From positions 672,001 through 736,000 of the forward strand of contig CAVPLT010000007.1 of the NCBI GenBank assembly GCA_963706325.1: a stretch of DNA of 64,000 nucleotides, in the 5' to 3' direction. The DNA comes from an uncultured Nitrospiraceae bacterium (lineage in GTDB: Bacteria; Nitrospirota; Nitrospiria; Nitrospirales; Nitrospiraceae). The notes under the pieces are model-generated. The model was not told the DNA's origin and made no database searches. It saw nothing but the letters and a program-made list of their open reading frames with translations. Each line of letters starts with the position of its first letter. The stretch's first letter is position 1. Both the position numbers and the translations under genes were made by a program. Shown here one piece after another: positions 59,902 to 64,000 of the stretch.

Positions 59902-60846
59902 ATGGGCAAGACCGGTCTTATCTACGATCCACGTTACCTTGAACATGATATGGGCGCCGGCCATCCGGAGTCCCCGAACCGGCTTCGCGCCATCATGCAA
60001 CGGCTTGAACAGGGTGGCGTGGCTGCGAAGCTGACGAAGATCGAGCCTCGCAAGGCCGAAGACCAATGGGTGACGCTGGTGCATGAGCCAGGGTACCTCG
60101 CGCTGCTGAATCATCAAGCACCGACTCACGGGCGCATCTCATTGGATGCAGATACCGCTATGTCGCCAGGCACGTTAACCGCCGCTTATCTCGCGGCCGG
60201 TGGAGCGTTGGCCGGAGTGGACGCGATCATGGCCGGCGAGGTTCAGTATGCTTTTTGCGCGGTCCGTCCCCCGGGTCACCATGCGGAGGCCGATCGCGCG
60301 ATGGGCTTCTGCTTTTTCAACAATGTGGCGATCGCCGCGCGCTATGTGCAGAAGCGTTACGGACTGCAACGAGTCTTGATCGTGGATTGGGATGTCCATC
60401 ACGGGAACGGCACGCAGCATAGTTTTGAATCAGACCCATCGGTGTTGTTCTTCAGTACCCATCAGTACCCGCATTATCCTGGAACCGGACGCGCCAGCGA
60501 ACGTGGACGCGGCGTAGCGGAGGGGCTCACGATCAATGTGCCAATGGCGGCGGGCGAAGGTGACGAGCAATATCGAGCCGTCTTTCAAAAGGTCTTGGTG
60601 CCGGCTGCCGATGCCTTCAAGCCGGACTTTGTGATCATCTCCGCCGGGTTCGATGCGCATCGGGACGATCCGTTAGCCAGCATGGGGCTGACCGAGGAAG
60701 GCTACGCAGACCTGACGGCAATGGTTGTTGGAGTTGCCAAGCGGCATTGCCACGGACGGTTGCTGTCGTCGCTCGAAGGAGGCTATCACCTGACGGCGCT
60801 GGCGGCGTCGGTCGAGCGGCATATCCGGGCGCTGGTGGAAGCATGA
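59902..60846 (+). CDS. Zn-dependent histone deacetylase family protein (AcuC/AphA-like)
   Basis: HPESPNRL, RPPGHHA, GFCFFNN, DWDVHHGNGTQ, SAGFDAH and LEGGY. Confidence 0.94.
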   Translation: MGKTGLIYDPRYLEHDMGAGHPESPNRLRAIMQRLEQGGVAAKLTKIEPRKAEDQWVTLVHEPGYLALLNHQAPTHGRISLDADTAMSPGTLTAAYLAAGGALAGVDAIMAGEVQYAFCAVRPPGHHAEADRAMGFCFFNNVAIAARYVQKRYGLQRVLIVDWDVHHGNGTQHSFESDPSVLFFSTHQYPHYPGTGRASERGRGVAEGLTINVPMAAGEGDEQYRAVFQKVLVPAADAFKPDFVIISAGFDAHRDDPLASMGLTEEGYADLTAMVVGVAKRHCHGRLLSSLEGGYHLTALAASVERHIRALVEA

Positions 60847-62117
60847 CGCTTTGGATGAAACTCCTGATGGGTGTCGCGACAACCGTCGGGGTCGTTTACC
60901 TCTATTATACGGAGGTGAAACCGGTCGTCATTTTCGGACTCCGGTCTGACTATGCCCATGCGATTCCTCTGCAGAAGATCCCTGAAGGTTTGACCAGTCT
61001 GAAGGCGGAGTCTTGCGGACAATGCCACCGTGAGATCTACGAGGAGTGGAAAACCAGTATCCATGCCCATGCCTTTGAGGATCCGTTCTTCCAGGCCTAT
61101 TGGAAGAAAGATAAGCATATCTGGGTATGTTTGAATTGCCACACGCCTTTGGAGAATCAACAACCGACGTTGATCAAGGACATTCCGCGTGGTCGGGTGG
61201 AGAAGGCGGCACAGGAACCCAATCCTCATTTTGATGCCGCCCTACAAAAGGAATCGATTACCTGCGCGGCTTGCCACGTGCGGGATGGAGTCATTCTCGG
61301 GCCTTTTGACGATTCGGCCGCGCCGCACCCGACGAAGTTCGATCCGAGCTTCCGCACGGCGCAGTTTTGTTCGCGTTGCCATAATGTCGTTTCGGGACCG
61401 GCGCAGTTTTATAATGTGGGTCCCTGTGGAACCTATGCTGAATATGAAGGCAAGTACTTCATGCAGGAGCGGGGCTTCATTTGCCAAAGTTGTCATATGC
61501 CGGAAGTCGATCGCCCGGTTGCCGAGAATGGACCGATCCGGCGAGGACGCCGGCACCTCTGGCGCGGAGGCCACGACCCCGACATGGTGAAACGGGCGGT
61601 CGCGATTCAAGTCAAAGCCGATCCTCCCGCTCCCAAACCTGGCGAGCAGGTCACGGTGACTCTGACGCTCATGAACGCGGGGGCCGGCCATAAGATTCCG
61701 ACGGGCGATCCGGACCGTCACTTTACGGTCGAGTTTATGGTCAAAGACGGCAGTCACCAGGTCGTGGCCGAGAAAAGCCACACCATGGGGCGCTGGATTA
61801 TGTGGCAACCGGCTATCGTGGAGTTGTACGATAACCGCTTGCTCCCGTTGGCCAGCAGGGACTATCCCTTCGCCTACCGCATGCCGGAGGTTTCGAAGGG
61901 GTTGACGTTGACAGCCCGCGTCCGCTACCACATTCTGACCGATGGGCAGCATGAAATGTTAAAGACCAAATACGGCCTGATGGCGGACGATCCCTATAGC
62001 TTTACCGTCTATGAACGAGAAGTTCCGCTCAATGAAGGACTCGCGGCAGCCTTCGCGGATCCAATACCTGAGCCACCACCGTTGGCCTGTCTAAACCCGG
62101 CAGTGTCCAAAGGGTAA
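60843..62117 (+). CDS. Membrane-anchored pentaheme cytochrome c
   Basis: N-terminal TM and five CxxCH motifs (CGQCH, CLNCH, CAACH, CSRCH, CQSCH). C-terminal GHKIPTG domain. ATGA overlap with the HDAC stop. Confidence 0.88.
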   Translation: MTLWMKLLMGVATTVGVVYLYYTEVKPVVIFGLRSDYAHAIPLQKIPEGLTSLKAESCGQCHREIYEEWKTSIHAHAFEDPFFQAYWKKDKHIWVCLNCHTPLENQQPTLIKDIPRGRVEKAAQEPNPHFDAALQKESITCAACHVRDGVILGPFDDSAAPHPTKFDPSFRTAQFCSRCHNVVSGPAQFYNVGPCGTYAEYEGKYFMQERGFICQSCHMPEVDRPVAENGPIRRGRRHLWRGGHDPDMVKRAVAIQVKADPPAPKPGEQVTVTLTLMNAGAGHKIPTGDPDRHFTVEFMVKDGSHQVVAEKSHTMGRWIMWQPAIVELYDNRLLPLASRDYPFAYRMPEVSKGLTLTARVRYHILTDGQHEMLKTKYGLMADDPYSFTVYEREVPLNEGLAAAFADPIPEPPPLACLNPAVSKG

Positions 62118-62145
62118 GTATTCATCCACCGAGATCAAGGAGCCC

Positions 62146-63039
62146 ATGCAACACCCATTATTGATCGATACCAACACCCTTCAGCAACGCTTGGGGCAAC
62201 CCGGATTGGTGATAATTGATGTGCGGGGAAGCGCGGCCTACGAATTCGGCGGCCATATCCCCGGCGCCGTACATTCGACCTGGCATGACTATAGCGACCC
62301 CGACGCCGTGGCCAAGGGATTGTTGGATCCAAACCTGAAACGGATCGAGAAGCGCGTGCAGGCGCTCGGCCTCAACCAGGACAGCGAAGTCGTAATCTAT
62401 TCCAACCCGTTCGACAATTGGGGTGATGAAGGCCGCATGTTTTGGATGTTGGAGTACTTGGGCCACAAGAATCTCAAAGTGCTGGACGGTGGATGGGTCA
62501 AATGGATCGAGGAGCGTCGCCCATTCGAGCACGGCGCGGTGCGAACGGCGCCCGGGACTTTCACCGTCAGTTCGGTCGACGCGGCGATCATCATGAAAGA
62601 GGAGTTGAAGGGGATCGTGCGAGCACCACATGCTACGACGACGATTGTAGACGCGCGCAGTCTCGAAGAATATCTGGGGAAGGAAGTGTCGGGCATCCCG
62701 CGCCCGGGTCATATTCCTGGCGCCGTGCATGTGGCATGGAACGGATTTCTCAATCCCGATGCCACGGTGAAGGACTTAGCGGCGATCACAGCGCAACTGG
62801 ATATGAAAGGCCTCAATCCGGCGCACGACACGGTCTGCTACTGCACGGGTGGCGTCCGCGCGGGATGGCTCTACTTTATTCTCCGGCTCGCGGGCTATGC
62901 GCATCTGCGTAATTATCCGGGATCCTGGTGGGAGTGGAGCCGGGATTTTGCCTGTCCGGTGGAAAAAGATCTGCTCGCCTTACAGAAGCTCTTGGGTTTG
63001 ACGGAATCGACGGCGCCGTCCGGGATGCGGCCGTCTTGA
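62146..63039 (+). CDS. Two-domain sulfurtransferase (rhodanese/SseA type)
   Basis: GHIPGA twice, VLDGG, active loop YCTGGVRA and YPGSWWEW. Confidence 0.92.
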   Translation: MQHPLLIDTNTLQQRLGQPGLVIIDVRGSAAYEFGGHIPGAVHSTWHDYSDPDAVAKGLLDPNLKRIEKRVQALGLNQDSEVVIYSNPFDNWGDEGRMFWMLEYLGHKNLKVLDGGWVKWIEERRPFEHGAVRTAPGTFTVSSVDAAIIMKEELKGIVRAPHATTTIVDARSLEEYLGKEVSGIPRPGHIPGAVHVAWNGFLNPDATVKDLAAITAQLDMKGLNPAHDTVCYCTGGVRAGWLYFILRLAGYAHLRNYPGSWWEWSRDFACPVEKDLLALQKLLGLTESTAPSGMRPS

Positions 63040-63114
63040 CACGATGCAGTGCCCTCTTTATGCTGAACATACGGGATTCGATGATGCGCACATCCATACA
63101 GAGGAGGCTTTTTC

Positions 63115-63471
63115 ATGCAGACTGTTAAATGGCGGGGAGTGGTGGCGGCTGGTGTTATGATGGCGCTCGTCGGAGCGCCGATGGTGTCCGGCGTGGCTTT
63201 CGCAGCAGCAAATAAACATCAGGCGGAAGCGGTGGAGCACGCCAAGGAGGCGGTCGCTCATGGAAAGCAAGGCCATGCGGATGCGCTCGTGAAGCATGCG
63301 GAAACTGCGCTCAAGCACGCCGAGGGCGCCATGACTGAAACCAAGAATCCCCACGTGGCTGAAGGGATCAAGGGATTGAAGGATGGGATTGAACACGGCA
63401 AGGCCGGCCATGCCGATGTGGCGACCAAGGCGATTGAAAACGCCATTCCCCATTTGTCAGAGGGCATGTAA
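63115..63471 (+). CDS. smbP: Periplasmic His-rich small metal-binding protein (SmbP-like)
   Basis: Signal peptide followed by heptad His repeats (HQAEAVEHAKEAVAHGKQGHADALVKHAETALKHA). Confidence 0.8.
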   Translation: MQTVKWRGVVAAGVMMALVGAPMVSGVAFAAANKHQAEAVEHAKEAVAHGKQGHADALVKHAETALKHAEGAMTETKNPHVAEGIKGLKDGIEHGKAGHADVATKAIENAIPHLSEGM

Positions 63472-63503
63472 GCATCTCTTGCGCGGCAACGATGGCTGAC
63501 GCG

Positions 63504-63533
63504 AAACGGGCAGGGGAGTCCCTGCCCGTTTTT
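63504..63533 (+). terminator. Intrinsic terminator after smbP
   Basis: AAACGGGCAGGG-gagt-CCCTGCCCGTTT plus a T-run. Confidence 0.8.
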
Positions 63534-63555
63534 ATTTTATCCGAAAGGCAGCACC

Positions 63556-64000
63556 ATGCGAGTCGGCTACTTCCAATTTGACCCGGTCTTCGGCGAGGTC
63601 GCTCGCAATCTCGACCTCGTGACGGCTCGCCTCGAGCAGGTGGAAGCCGACCTCATCGTCTTGCCGGAGCTGTTCGCCAGTGGTTATCAGTTTGTCTCCC
63701 AGGATGAAGTGGCGCGGCTCGCGGAACCGGTCCCGGACGGCACGACCACGAAACGTTTGGTAGAGATCGCCAGGCGTCGTGGGGTGACGATCGTGGCTGG
63801 ATTGCCGGAGCGGGCCGGCGCGCAGTATTTTAACTCAGCGGTGGTGGTCGGGCCGAAGGGATTTATCGGCTGTTACCGAAAAACCCATCTCTTTTTTGAG
63901 GAAACGCTCTTTTTCACGCCGGGCGATACAGGCTTTCACGTGTGGGACATCGGGATGGCCAAGGTCGGTGTCATGATCTGTTTCGACTGGTTTTATCCGG
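63556..64000 (+). CDS. Carbon-nitrogen hydrolase (nitrilase superfamily), 3'-truncated by window edge
   Basis: Manual translation gives LIVLPELF, YRKTHLF and MICFDWFYP, which contain the Glu-Lys-Cys triad. Confidence 0.88.
   Translation, partial: MRVGYFQFDPVFGEVARNLDLVTARLEQVEADLIVLPELFASGYQFVSQDEVARLAEPVPDGTTTKRLVEIARRRGVTIVAGLPERAGAQYFNSAVVVGPKGFIGCYRKTHLFFEETLFFTPGDTGFHVWDIGMAKVGVMICFDWFYP

Noticed and set aside
1..64000. CRISPR arrays, IS elements, integrases, prophage genes, rRNA or tRNA
   Set aside because: None recognised. No regularly spaced direct repeats or transposase/integrase motifs were seen by eye.

Overview
This window is chromosomal DNA from a Nitrospira-type nitrite oxidiser. 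Its core is two divergently oriented nxrAB (periplasmic, Tat-exported nitrite oxidoreductase) copies, each preceded by a sigma54 activator gene, an arrangement known from N. defluvii. A stretch of about 1.55 kb (nxrA 3' end plus nxrB) appears identical between the copies and forms a long inverted repeat. nxrA copy 2 carries two single-base insertions. Between and after the copies lies an accessory region with three tripartite efflux systems, an SMR/Gdx exporter, an FNT channel, two two-component systems, a kinase-less CHASE3 protein, an orphan ModA and a cluster of small paralogous proteins. Housekeeping flanks are hppA, an orphan pup, recJ and relA/spoT on the left, and pepF, an HDAC, a pentaheme cytochrome, a rhodanese, SmbP and a C-N hydrolase on the right. 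The most interesting non-coding signal is a ~28-bp motif (CGCACnGYGCG-N5/6-GC-N5-CGC) found five times. Each copy lies about 50-120 bp from at least one -24/-12 sigma54 promoter, and three sit between divergent promoter pairs. This suggests a local, autoregulated sigma54 regulon. All calls come from reading the sequence and ORF track by eye; no searches were run.
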